This document shows positions 13,447-27,030 of a DNA stretch of 64,000 nt, one piece after another. The DNA is from Vicugna vicugna (taxonomy: Eukaryota): NCBI GenBank assembly GCA_013265495.1, contig MU058540.1, forward strand, positions 1,513,696-1,577,695, in the 5' to 3' direction. Position numbers and translations under genes: made by a program. How positions within the stretch are numbered: the stretch's first letter is position 1; every line of letters begins with the position of its first letter. The notes under the pieces were generated by a model. It saw only the letters and a list, made by a program, of their open reading frames with translations. It did not search any database and was not told where the DNA came from.

Positions 13447-15084
13447 CTAACTAATAGGTTTTGATCTTCCTATTACACCGCTCAATGGGTAGTTTCCAGC
13501 ACAGGAAGTTGGTTTCCACATCTGATGTGACCGTGCCCCAATGATCCTAAACTCTCCCAGTCTATTGGAATATTCGTAAGTTTGTTTTTAATATCGATCT
13601 TTACTCTTACTACTCTTGGGGGGGAGGAACTTAGCAAGGAGGTAGTAGGTGCATTTCTTCTGGGCTGTGTTTGGATGGTCAACAACATAAGTAGATAAAG
13701 CACTGGAAAGGAAAGGGGAAAGCCAAGCTTCTATGGGAAGAAAGGTGAGTAGATGGTTCATGTGATGGTGCAAGTGCAGGCCGTGGAGTCCAGCAGAACA
13801 AAATTCAAACTCCAGCCTGCCACCTGCTCTCTGTGTGACCTGGGCAGGCTGTTTAATTCCAAATCCTAGATGCCTTTTGTAAAATAGGAATACTAATGTT
13901 TACCACGCCCGATCTAGAAGACTGGCGGCGGGCTCTAATTCATCTCTCCCTTTCCTTAGCTTTCATGCCTGTTCTGCTTGTCTCTGAGGACGCCAGTTTC
14001 TCTGCCTTTGTACAGTTTCCTCTCATGGAAGTTAACCACAATTTTGCAAACTTAGGAATGTTGTATCTCCTAAGAAGTGTCATTTTTGTCTCATTTGCAT
14101 GATTGTGGTCACAGGTATAGCTGAGTCTCCTTCCTAGTTGGTCAGCTGCCCGTTAGAAATGACCCTTCTTCCTTAGTATTTCAGTTGAGGGAAGGGTTTT
14201 ATGCTTGTCTCAAATTAAGGCTGTTTTCAGTCTAGACCTTCATGCCTTCTTAGCTTTGAGAGTTCTCAGAAGGAAATTTTATCTTTGTATAGAAGAGACC
14301 CTGCCTCATCCCTTTCTGCTTTTTTTGAAAACTCCCTAAAAATGGCATTATTTCGGGGAGTCACCGAGCCTTAAGAGGTATTTAAATCTTGTAAAACCTG
14401 AGGGACTCAGTAAGAGGCAGGAGCTGCTATACCTTTTCTCCCAACCAGTGTTGAGGGGATGAAGCCAGTTTGCCAAGTCCTCTTTCCTTCATCCAGGAAT
14501 ATGCCCCGTAATCTGTGCACATGCCTGGGAACATCCATGCTCAGTTCTGTAGTGGACACTTCTGAAGAGCTAAGGGGCAGGAAAATAGTTGAGTAAGAAG
14601 CACAAAATAGTAAAAGATCAGTAAGTGTGTGACTGGCCTTTTCCATATTCAAAATATAATGAACCTATATTGCAGATACAACAGAGAGTTACCTTCAATG
14701 GATTGATAGCCTCTGGGGAAGGGCTGAGATGGACTGAGGCTCCAGCAGTGGGCTGAATGACCTTGGGGGCAGTTCTGACAGACTTTAAGGTACAGAAAGA
14801 GCCTGGAGGATTTGGCCTGAATAAGGCCTTGACTCAGTTATAGCCTCAAGTCTGCCTAGGGCAGAGTCATTTCCCCCGTTTCGATCGTAGCTTTTCCGCA
14901 TATCAGATAAGGGAGTTGGTTGGGATGCTTTCTCAGATCCCATCTGGCTCCAGTGTTTCTGATTCCTAGCATCCTGCTTATATAAGAGACAAGATAGACA
15001 CAGATTCCTGTGCCACAATGTATGTGTGTGTGTGTGTGTTATTCTTATCTTTAACCTGATCCTAACTACCAAATGTGGGTCTTT

Positions 15085-15915
15085 TTCTTTTTAAAGCTTT
15101 TTTGAGAGATATTTCACATGCTATAAAATCAACCTACTTAGAGTATACAGTTTAGTAGTTTATAGTATAGCCACAGAATTGTACAAATATCACTACAGAC
15201 TAATTTTAGAACATTTTCATCACTCCAGAAAGAAACTTCATACACATTAGAATTCATTCCTCATTTTCCTTTGGTCTCCCCAGGTAGCTACTAAACTCCT
15301 TTCTGTCTATGAATTTGCCTATTCTGGACATTTCACATAAATGGAATCATACAATATGTGGCCTTTTGTGACTGGATTCTTTTACTTAGCAAAATTTGAA
15401 AGTTCATCTATATTGTAGCAACTATCAGTACTTCATTCTTTTTTATTGCCAAATAATATTCCATTATATGGCATGCCACATTTTATTCATTCATTTGTCA
15501 GTTGATGAAAATTTAGATCATCTCTGTTTTGGCTATTATGAATAATGCTACTTGGAACATTTATATACAGGTTTTTGTGTGGACATATGCTGAGTTATAT
15601 GATAGCTCTGATTTTTCAAGAGCCTGCCAAATTGTTTTCCACAGGTAAACCATTTTGTAATCCCATCAGTGATGTATGAGGGTGCCAGTTTTTCTACATC
15701 CTTGTTAACATTTGTTATTGTCTATTTTATTTTTAGCCATCATAGTGGATGTAAAGTGATTTTTTGATTTGTTTTGCCCTCGTGGCTAATGTTATTGAGT
15801 AACTTTTCATATTACTTATTAGGCATTCGTATATCTTCTTTGGAGAGATATCTCTCCAAATCCTTTGGCCATATTTGAATTGGGTTATTTGTCTTTATTA
15901 GTGTTGAGTTAAAAG
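15085..15915 (-). mobile_element. Old LINE-1 (L1MB-like) 3' end
   Basis: aattttagaacattttcatcactccagaaagaaac, ttgcctattctggacatttcacataaatggaatcatacaatatgtggccttttgtgactgg. Confidence 0.85.
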
Positions 15916-18514
15916 AGTGGTTTCCTCTTGGAAAGTTTTGTTTGACAGTCTGGAATTTAAATTTATCTCACTGATCATTCCATCACTACTTTTGTAGACT
16001 AAAGGTCATTAGTTAAATGGATTTTTTTGAAGTCAGCTATTAGAAGTGGAAGCTTAAAAAGATTTTAAATGCAAGATGGCAGAGGGGTCGTGCATAGAGC
16101 GACAGGAGGAAGGTTGTTTTGGATTTACACACGGGAAAACAGTGTAAGTGTTCTGGAAGCAGCTGCCCTTCCTTCCAACATTTGGCTTCCTTTGATATCA
16201 TACCGGGGTCTAGTTTCTTCCTACTCTTCTGTGGCTTTGACTGACATCTTTCAAAAGAGTTTTCAGGGCTAATGCCTTTTAAAAATAGTAATGAATTAGA
16301 TGGAAATTATTGTAATTAAACATTATTTTATAATTCTGGGTTTTTTTTTTAAGGCAGTCAGTACCTGATATTTCATTATTCTGTTATTTATCTGTTACTT
16401 CAGAAATTGTGGCCTTAGGTTAGTATACCATGGTATTTGGGGGACTGACTTGGAGAAAGGGTAAAGAATCGAAGAAACTGCCAGATAACTGTGTGTGTTA
16501 GGAAAATGAAAGCTTTGATTTTTCTTTTCCTCTCCTTAGAAATTGAAGCATTTTCCAGATTGCTGATGAGGGGGGAAGCCCCCATTTTAGCTCCCGGGAT
16601 ACTTATAATGCTGGGTGAAATTGGCTTTTTATTCACTGAAGTCTTTGGAGCTTGCCTAGAGCTTGGTTAGCTTTAAATTATGTTGGCCTTACTTGGGGAC
16701 CCAGTCTAGTTATTATTGTCCATTTTCTCAAGCTTAAGAGGTTTCCCTACAATCCCTCCCCCAGAACCTTAGGCAAGAAGAAAAATCCTTGCAACTTGGC
16801 CTCTTTAGTAAGTGTTGGAAACTGGGCTTCATGACAAGTTGGCTCTGAACCAAGCATCTCTTGCTCTTACACATGTGAAACCTGTTTCTTTTGGCTAAGG
16901 CATTTAAAGGGAGAAAAAAAACAAAACAAAACTGTCCGCGTCTCAGCTAAAACGGCCTTATCCCCCTCTCCTTCCCCAACCCCCTTCTTCTAGGTTTATC
17001 CCCTCTTCTTCCTTCCCATTTTATAAGACTGCTGTGAATCACTTTTGCTGGGTATTTCAAACACCAGGCCGCTCAGGTTTCTTCTTTTCTCTGTTCTTAT
17101 TTTCCTTCTTAGAGCAGTGGCCACATGAGACTGTTCACATTTGCTGTAATATAAGAAAATCTTTGGGGTTCTGTCCTTTGAATGAGCTTAGGAGACTTTC
17201 TTTTCCTACTTCTCTGCACATGAATGGGCTGGTTTACATTTTTTAATGCCCCATCTTCTTAATCAAAAGTGGGACTACCCTTGTGTTAGTTTGTATTAAA
17301 AACTACTGAGATCAGAGGTAGAGTCGGGACTTGCTGGCATTGTTGGACTTTGTCGTTTGTGCTTGAATATGAGAAAGGGAACTGCTTAACATTTGGGCTC
17401 CTCTTTCCTATAGCTTTAGTTGTCTCCTGTCTTTTACGCACATCCTGAAGGCATAAACATTTAAAATAAATATATGTTGTTAAAAGCCCCACTGGGTAAA
17501 ATACATACCAGTATTTTAACATTAGAAGCCTCATTGATACTTCCTAAATATCTCTGGCCACCAGCTGTGTAAGGAGAACCTTGAGAGAAAGCAGGTGCAA
17601 GTTATTTAGTTAAAATACCCCCTGGTGAAGTGGTGCTGGAATTAGCATGTCCCTGGCAACTGATAAGGGGGCTTCAGGAGCTTATAGTGCCCAGCATCCC
17701 CAATCTGTAGTGTGCATTGAAGGAGAACCCTTCCGACCAGCGAACCCTTATCTCCATTCGGGGAACTCAGGCCACAGTGGCCACAGAAGTAGAACGACCT
17801 GTCAAGGTGGAGAGTGTAAGGTACTGCCCATGCCTTTCCTCTGAAGAGCCTCTGGAGCAGATGAGAACACCTGTGACTGTCATTGGGCGTCTGATGAATG
17901 GCTTCCAGCTGTTGATAGCTTGGGATGTAGTATGAGGTCATTGCCTTGGCATCCAATTCTCTATATTCTTTCTAGGCTGAAGGGAAAAAATAAAAATAAA
18001 ATCCCCCTTTAGCTGTTCATTTCCTTCCATTACCAGACTATCCCATGTCTAGGATGTGTTTCTTTCCTTAGTGATCAAAACACTACCGTAATTTCAACCC
18101 AACTCTGGGTTTCTGATTCCTATGAGAAGTCTTTAATACATTGTAATAGATGTGATAGCTGTTAGGAATATTTAATTCCTTCACTATTGACTCACTCCAT
18201 CCCCAGCTTGCACAGGACTAATGGCCTCATTGCTATCAATTTATGTGAAATGGATCCCTCCTGACACCTAGAGAAGTAAATTCCCTGGGAGCCAAACTTG
18301 CAAGAAACTACTCTTGTTTGAAAAACAAAGCACAGGACTGATAACATGGCTTCATTTATTCATCAGACATTTTATACAGTATCTGTATGTTGCAGGGCCC
18401 TATGCTGGGTACCAGGCAGATGCAACAGTGGGCCTCACGTGGATGGACCTTGACTTCAAGTGCCTTAGCATCTGGGGAAGGACACATAAATACATATTAC
18501 TTATACACAGGTCT

Positions 18515-18560
18515 ATATGGGTACATGCATATGGATACATGCATATGGATACATACATAT
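18515..18560. repeat. 14-bp tandem repeat x3.3 (atatggatacatgc)
   Basis: atatgggtacatgc atatggatacatgc atatggatacatac atat. Confidence 0.85.
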
Positions 18561-18750
18561 CACATAACTTTTCTGCCATATTATTAACTACTATAAACAG
18601 ATAAAGTACAATGGAAGTTCAGAGGAGAGAAGAGAGTCCTGGATATGTAGTAGTGAAAGTACAGTGGTTATGGTTTTGGGCCCTGGAGTCAGAGTGCCTG
18701 AATTCAAATCCTGGCTTAGTGCTATTATTATAGGAACCTTGGACAAGTTA

Positions 18751-19232
18751 TAGTAGTCCCCCCTCTTATCTGTGTTTAAGCTTTCTGCAATTTCAGTTAC
18801 CCATGGTCAACTGTCCAAAAATATTAAATTTTAGAAATAAACAATTCGTAAGTTTTAAATTGCACACTGTTCTGGGTAATGTGATGAAATCTTGCCCCAT
18901 CGTGCTCCATCCTGCCTGGGATGTGAACCATCCCTTTGTCCAGTGTATTCACGCTGTATATACTACCTGCCTGTTTGTCACTTAGAAGCTGTCTTTATTA
19001 TCAGATCAACTGTTGGAGTATTTCAGTGCTTGTGTTCAAGTATAAACCTTTACAAGAGTAGTGATGCTGTCAATTTGGCTATTCTCTTATTATGCCTCAT
19101 TTATAAATTAATCTGTGTCATAGGTATGTGTGTATAGGAAAAAACATATGTGAGGTTTGGTACTATCCGCAGTTTCAGGCATCCACTGGGGATCTTGAAA
19201 CGTATCCCTCATGACTAAGGGGGAGACTACAG
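18751..19232 (+). mobile_element. MER44-like (Tigger7-derived) MITE inserted into a MIR (about 18650-19370)
   Basis: TIRs tagtagtcccccctcttatc / gactaagggggagactacag, TA flanks. MIR resumes after it (aaccttggacaagtta | ttttctttctctaagactcagtttc). Confidence 0.85.
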
Positions 19233-22200
19233 TATTTTCTTTCTCTAAGACTCAGTTTCTTCTTCTGGTATGCAGGGATAATAAGTGCCTTCTTCATAGG
19301 GTAGTTGTGAAGATTGAACAATATAATTTAGGTACAGACTTGGTAAAGTGCCTGATACATAGTAGACCTTGGTCTGTGGATGGGGGACCAGAGAAACTAT
19401 AGTAGAGACTGTAGGCTTTGAAGGAGGAGAATTGAGGCATGGGGTAGTCTTGGGAGAGAGGCAGATGAGGAAACATTGGAGTAGAAAAGATTGTGCATAT
19501 TTGGAGAAGAGCTAAATTTTGCTGAATCTGTGGGGTATAATGTAGTAAAGAAGAAAATAAGATTGGGAAAAGTAAGTGTGGCTGGAACACACAAGTCATC
19601 AACCTTCACTGAATGATTCTGACCTAATTTTAAAGGATAAGAGGTGCTACTGCAGGCTTTACAGTGGACTAGCAATGATCAGACTTCAGCTTTAGGAAAA
19701 TTAATCTTGCGGCAGTCTTTATGGTGTCCATGGTGGGGAAACTTACTAGGTCAAGGTCCTAGGGCCTGAACTAAGTCAGTTACCTGATAGGCTTTACTAT
19801 TGTATAACTTGGTCCAGTATATATCATGGACACTTCCCTTTGTCATTGAATTTTGTAATACATCATCATTTGAAATAATGGGTTTACATCGTCCTGTCCC
19901 ACTCCAATCTACACCTCCCTCTGCATTGACCTCTCTCCCACTTAAGGCACCTATTGACCTACTGTTCTCATCTCCTCCCCTCCATCTAAGCTCAGAAGGC
20001 TCTGATGTCATTATTCATAATTAGATAAAATATAGTTGTAGCAAATGCATTACTTCTCAACCATTTTAAAGCACATTTTGAGCCATTTATTTCTAATTGC
20101 AGTTTAAAAAGCTTTTCTTTTTCTTAGAAGAATTTCAGGCATCAAATGGATTGGGAACAATCCTTTTAGGCCTATTCAACTGGGCCTAAAAAAAAAAATC
20201 AATCTTATTAGGCTTTTTTAGAGTCAGGGGGCAGGGGAGGTCTCCAATATCTTCTCCAAAGAGAGCCATCCTCTCCCTTGAGGAATGGTGTGAAATTGTT
20301 CTGTGGAGAAAGCCCATGTCATTGTCCCTGCCCTGGCACAAATCATCCTGTTCCTCGTGCAGATGGCCATCTGCCCCTCAGTGGACAGATGCTTGTCACA
20401 TTTGAATTTTTTTTACTTAGTTTTATTTGTTTTCTGACTTCTGGGGGTACTCCAGTTGTTCCTTCATTGTTTTTTGTTTTTTTCTCCCTGAGTTTTGAAG
20501 AACCTGATAAACAAGTGTATCTTTCAAATTCATCTCTTAAGTAGTTACAGTGTTGTAAACTAGTTATCCTAAGAATTATGAATTTTTGTTCTAAAATGTT
20601 TGATTGTAGATTATATAAGGGCTAAGAGCACTGATTTTAACTTCTTTTGGAGGTAGCTTTTATGAGGTGTAAAGGAGCCAATTAAAGAATACCTCTCCTT
20701 GGTTGTTTCTGAAACAAGTGAAAAGAGAGTGAAATTCACCCAGAGCCAGACAGATGGAGATAGAAATACCACTTTTATTACCAGTAAAGGTGATCAACAA
20801 TTGTGGCCTTGTTCTGCAGCCAAATAAGCCTCCTAACTTTCGTGTCTGGAGTATACAGGCTTGTGGACTAATCACCAGCTGAGCTGTCACAAAGCCCTTC
20901 CCCTGCAGGGCAGGCCCTTTACCTCTTGAGATGGAACAGATCAGAATGCATACCTCCTGCAGACAACAGAATGGAAGTGTTCTCAACAGCTTTACTGGAG
21001 TGATTTCACAAATCTCAACAAACTGACTTAATTTGATCCCATCTCTTCCATCACATTTATGGAATTGGCTTGCAGATCTTATGGATCCGGTGGATGTGTA
21101 TGTTGTGCTATGCATTTGATACATAGTTTTATCAAGAGTTAGTCCAATTTGTCTTAGCAATATTGTGATATGCATTATGGTGAAGCATTTAGTTGCCTTC
21201 TACTATTTACTTTCAAGTAATCAGAAATGGAAAGTATTTGGGAATATGCTAAGGACACTGAATGCTTTTCACTTATTCACATGATATTTATTATTGGTTT
21301 CCCTGGTCTGCTTAGAAGAAATAAATGCAAAGTAGATGGTAGCGCAAAAATCAGCCACAGCAAGCTTGAAGAGTCAGGAGCATTTTCTGTTTCTGTGGCC
21401 TTTTCACATCTTGCTTTTAGAAATGACTAGTGCTCCCCGTCCTTGTGGGCAGTGGCTGCGGCCACTAGAGCAGGCTTTGGAGGAAGTGCAGTGGTGCAAG
21501 CATGATGAGTTTCAGTCATCTGGTTAGATGGCCACCAATGCTATCATTTCCAGACTCAACTTCTCAGACACTATTTTCTTGTCTTTTGAGCCAAGAATAG
21601 GTGTAAGATAAGCAGCTACGTGGTTTTAAGAACAGTGTGTGTTTTGCACTGTCTGGTGAGTACTTTATGTCTCTAAAGTTGAGATTGCACATAGTGAGTT
21701 CTGGAAAACAAATGTCCATAAATTCGAAAGATAATGAAAAGATTAATTATACATTCCTAATCTCTCTGAGCACTCTTGAGTTGACCCGTATAGTTCACTG
21801 ACCTGAAGATGGATCCCAGAAGCTTGGAATGTGCTGTTTCATATTGTTCCTCTTGAAAAATGTATTTAACCAACATGCAGAGTGTTTAGGGCAATATACT
21901 TGGTATGACCTTTATCCTTGAGGCACCTGCGGGGGTCTGCATCTGCACGTGATGAGGATGACAATTTAGGAGGAAAAATGAAAATGATTTAATTTGTACT
22001 AGTCTATGTAACTGAGAAATATTTTTTTCTGATGATTCTTAGTAGATGATCTTTTCCGTATGTTTGATATAAAAATTAAATGGGCCATGATTAGGAGTAT
22101 TATTGATTCTAACTTTCCTAAGACAAAAATATTTTAAAATTGTTGGCATAATATAGCCTCACGATGGAAAAAAATCAAACAGTATAAAAATCCATAGTGT

Positions 22201-23489
22201 CTCTTCCTTCAATTCTTCCAGCAGTTTTCTGTATATTTTTTCAGATCTTTTTACCATGCTTGTACAAATTTATTCCATTTTTGTTTTAATGGTGATACAT
22301 AATCTGTAACTTTTTTTCACTTAATGTATTATTGACATTGGTTAATTTGAGGGCGTTCTTTATCATGAATTAATGATAAATCATTAAATATTTTATATCT
22401 AATGAAAGGAACATATGGTTTTTCTTCTTTAATCTGTTAATGGCTAAATCAGGTTCGCTGATGTTCAATACTCCTGACATTCTTGGTATAACAACTGACA
22501 GCTGCTCATTCTTTAAAGACATTTTGGAGATATCATGAAGCAGCAGAAACTGTGACCTGGGCTAGGAAACCTGACAGGGACATGATCAGCTTGTGCGGGG
22601 AATGGAACTGAGCACACACTGTATGGAGTCAGAGAGCTGATTTGAGATGACACTTCCGGGAGCTGTTCTCAGTATAGTTGTTCTGGTTGTTAGAAGTGAT
22701 ACGTTATATTAGAGGTTAATAATATCATTAGCCTACAAAGTATTAGATTCTGAGTAACATTGTCCTAGTTGTAACCTTGAGGAATTTGCATACAGAGGGA
22801 TTTTAAGCCTATGGCTGCCTTCAGTATTTGGAGTTATGTTCCATTTCCTTTCATAGTCCTTTGGGAGTCGCTTAGTAGTCAGATGGAGTTTCTCACGCCA
22901 TCCTCCAGTTAAGATATTTTGGTGTCTTCAGAGCACTAGGCCACACCTCTGCCATCTCTCTGGCCATTTATTTGAGGAACTAGATTCTGAGGGAAATCTT
23001 TCTCTACTTTAGCAGCTCTCTAAGCAACTCGTGACTTAGCAGCACATGACAGTGTAATTGGAGATTTACTATGAACAGTCCTTACAGGTAGCTCAATTAT
23101 TCTCTTGGGTTTATGGTCTAGATTTGAGGTTAGTAGCTTAACAGAGATGAGATCTATTGGCTTCTAGGAGCTAAGACAGGAGTTTAAACATTTAGGTTTC
23201 ATGCTCCCAATCTAAAGAGTGCATTAAGTGGGTGGATGATGCCTACAGTTTGTTTTTGCTCAGTAATATTTTGATTTTGTGTAGTTGTATCCACTTCACT
23301 TTGACTGATCAGCTGAGAGCTGAAGCCTACAGGCAGAGGATGGAAAGTTAGGATCTTGACTTATGCCACCCTTGTTGGTTCACGCCAGTTTCTATCATGA
23401 TACTGATTTTTTTTCTTCCCATGTTTTGGATTATACATTGTACATTGTTACGTCTGGCATTAGTGTTCATTTTTAGGGGGTGTGGGATT

Positions 23490-26400
23490 TTTTAATAGAC
23501 TTCATTTTTTTTTTAGAGCAGTTTTAGGTTTATAGAAAAATTGCTCAGAAAGTACACAGCATTTCTATATGCTCCTTTTCTCCCTCTCCCCCACAGTTTC
23601 CTCTTTTTTTCCTTTTTTTAAAACATTTTTTTAAATTGAGTTACAGTTGTTTTACAATGTTGTGTCAAATTCCAGTGTAGAGCACAATTTTTCAGTTATA
23701 CATGCAGTTTCCTCTATTATTAACATTTTTGTGTATGTGGTATTAACATCTTGACTGTATGGTACATTTGTTGTAATTGATGAACCAATACTGGTATGTT
23801 ATCTCTAGCTAAAGTCCACTGGAGTTCACTCTTTGCGTTGTACAGTTCTATGGGTTTTGACAAATACATAGTGTTATGTATCTACCATTACAGTAGCATA
23901 CCAGGTAGTTTCACTGACCTAAAAATGCCCTGTATTTCATCTGTTCACACTTCCTCCATACCTGCTGAACCCCTGCTTTTTTTTTTTTACTGTCTCTTAT
24001 TGTTTTGCCTTTAATGGAATGTCATATAGACAGAATCATACAGTATGTAGCCTTCTCAGATTGGCTTCTTTCACTTAGTAAAATGCATTTAAGTTTCCTC
24101 CATTTTGCCTTTTATCTTTGTCTTTTTTTGCCTTGATAACTCATTTCCTTTTATCACCGAATAATATTCCATTGTCTGGATGTACCACAATTTATCCGTT
24201 CACCTTTTGAAGGTCATTTTGGTTGTGTCCAAGTTTTGGCAATTATGAGTAAAGCTGCTATAGACATTTGTATGCAGGTTTTTGTGTAGACATAAATTTT
24301 CGGCTCATATGAGTAAACACCTAAGAGCACAATTACTGGATCTTGTGGTAAACCTCTATTTAGCTTTGTAGAAGGCTGCCAAGCGAGGTTTTCACTTTGC
24401 GTTCCCACCAGCAGCAAGTCTTGTTGCTCCACATCCTGGTCAGCATTTGGTGTTGTGTTTTGGATTTTAGCCATTCTAATAGGTACGTAGTTGTATTTCA
24501 TTGTTGTTTTATTTTGTAATTCCCAAATAACATGATGTAGACAATCTTTTTCATATGCTTCTTCGCCATCTGTATATCTTCCTTGGTAAGGTGTCTGCTC
24601 AAATTTTTTGTCCATTTTTAAGTTGGGTTGTTTGTTTTCTATCTTTGTTTTTTAATTGAGGTATACCTAAAACATACTAGTTTTAGGTATACACATAATA
24701 ATCAATACTGTGTACACTGCAAAATGATCACCACAATAAGTTTTGAGGAACTTCTACACAATAAGTTTTGAGGAACCTCTAGTAAGTGGCTGCACCAATT
24801 TACATTCCCACCAGCAGTGCACAAGGGTTCCTTTTCCTCTACATCCTTGCCAACACTTGTTATTTCTTGTCTTTTTAATAATAACCATTATGACAGATGT
24901 GAGGTGATAGCTTATTGTGGTTTTGATTTGTATTTCCCTGATAATTAGTGATGTTGAACATCTTTCTGTGTGTCTTTAGGCTATCCATATATCTCCTTTG
25001 GAAAAATGTCTATTCAAGTTTTATGTCCATTTAAAAATTGGATTGTTTGTTTTTTTGCTCTTGAGTTGTTTGAGTTCTTCTATATTCTGGATATTAGCCC
25101 CATATCAGATATATGATTTGTAGATGTTTTCTCTCATTCAGTGGATTGCCTTTTTATTTTGTTAATGGTTTCCTTTGCTGTGGAGAAGTTTTTAGTTTGT
25201 TGTAGTCCCACTTGTTTATTTTTGCTTTTGTTGCCTTTGGTTTTGATGTCAGATCCAAAAGATCACTGTCAGGATCAATGGAGCTTACTGCTTATGTTTT
25301 CTTCTAGGATTTTATGGTTTCAGGTCTTACATTCAAGTCTTTAATGCATTTTGAATTAATTTTTGTGTATGGGGTAAGATAGTGATCCAGTTTCATTCTT
25401 TTGCATGTGGCTGTCAAGTTTTCCCAACATCATTAATTGAAGAGATTGTCCTTTCCCTATTGTATATTCTTGGCTCCTTTGTCATAAATTAATTGATCAT
25501 ATATATTATTAAGATATTAGTTCTTCCCAATTTGATTTATAGATTTGACACAATCCTAGTCAAAATCCCAGCAAGTTATTTTGTGGATATCAACAAAATG
25601 ATTCCAAAATTTATATGGAAAAGCAAAAGACCCAGAATAGCCAACACAATATTGAAGGAGAACAGAGTTGGAGGACTGACACTGCTGGACCTCAAGACTT
25701 ACTATAAAGCTACAGTGATCAAGATAGTGTGCTACTGGCAAAAGGAAAGTCAAATAGATCAATAAGAGACAACAGAGAGCCCAGAAATAGACCCATACAA
25801 ATACAGTCAACTGACCTTCAACAAAATAGCAAAGGTAACTCAATGGAGAAAGGATAGCCTTTTAAAAAAATGGTGCTGTAACAACTGGACATCCACATGC
25901 AAAAAAATAAATAGACATAAACCTTACACCTTTCACAAAAATTAACTTACAAAAAAAAAAAAACATAGACCTAAATGTAAAACACCTATTCAGTCTCCCT
26001 CGCTTGCTGGCAGAGAACATGGAATGCCTCTTCATTTATTTAGATCTTTGATTTCTTTTATCAGAGTTTAATTTTCCTCATATAGATCTTGTTCATATTT
26101 TATTAGATTTAGACTAGAGTGTTTCATTTTTTGGTGCCAATTAATGTAAATGATATTATGTTTTTAATTTCAAGTTCTAATTGTTCACTGCTGGTATATG
26201 GGAAAACAATTAATCTTTGCATACTAACCTTGTATCTTGTAATCTTGCTATAATCTTAGGTTCAGGAGGTTTTTAGTTGATTCTTTGGAATTTTCTACAT
26301 AGAAAAATAATATCACCTGTGAACAAAAATAGTTTTATTTCTTCCTTCTCAATCTGAATACCTTTTATTTCTTTTTCTTGTAGCTTTAGCTAGGATAGGA

Positions 26401-27030
26401 CTTGCAGTACCATGCTAAATAGTGGTGAGAGGGGACATTTTTGTCTTGTTCTTGATCTTAAGGGGAAAACATCTAGCTTCTCACCATGAAGTATGCTGTT
26501 GGCTGTAAGTTCATTTATACAAGTTCTTTAAACTGAGGAAGTTTCTCTCCATTCATAATTTTCTTAAGACTTTTTATCATTAATGGGTGTTGGATTTTGT
26601 CAAATGCTTTTTCTGCTTATATTGATATGATCCTATAATTTTTCTTTAGCCTGTTGACATGGATTATAGTGGTTGGTCTTCAAATGTTGAATCAGAGATA
26701 TCAGTCTGTAGTTTTCCTTTCTTTTAATGTCTTTGCCTGGTTTTGGTATTAGGGTAATGCTGGTCTCATAGGATGAGTTAGGAAATGTTCCCTCTAATTC
26801 TGCTTTCTGGATGAGATCGCAGAGAACTGGTGGTGTTTCTTCAATGTTTGGTAGAATTCACCAGTATGACTTTTTGGGCTGGGTACTTTTATCCTTTTGA
26901 AGTCCATAGGATTAGTAATGATGGCTCCTTTTTCATTTTTGATAGTAGTAATTTGTGTCTTCTCTCTTTTCTTCTTGGTTAGCTCAGCTAGACATTATCA
27001 ATTGTATTGGTCTTTTCAAAGAACCAGCTT
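23490..27030 (-). mobile_element. Composite LINE-1 block: old L1MC-like element with nested younger L1 pieces and an inverted ORF2 segment
   Basis: 3' end tttttagagcagttttaggtttatagaaaaattg; ORF2 remnants on minus (ORF 24214..24615; 26015-27030); second L1 3' end from about 24645; plus-strand ORF2 remnant 25493..25765 (ILVLPNLIYRFDTILVKIP..YYKATVIK). Confidence 0.88.
23605..23704 (-). mobile_element. About 100-bp young L1 3' terminus nested in older L1
   Basis: TSD cagtttcctct at 23594-23604 and 23705-23715; diagnostic tgttgtgtcaaattccagtgtagagc. Confidence 0.85.

Noticed and set aside
21503..21580. ATGATGA as a C/D snoRNA box C
   Set aside because: No suitably placed CTGA box D with terminal stem.
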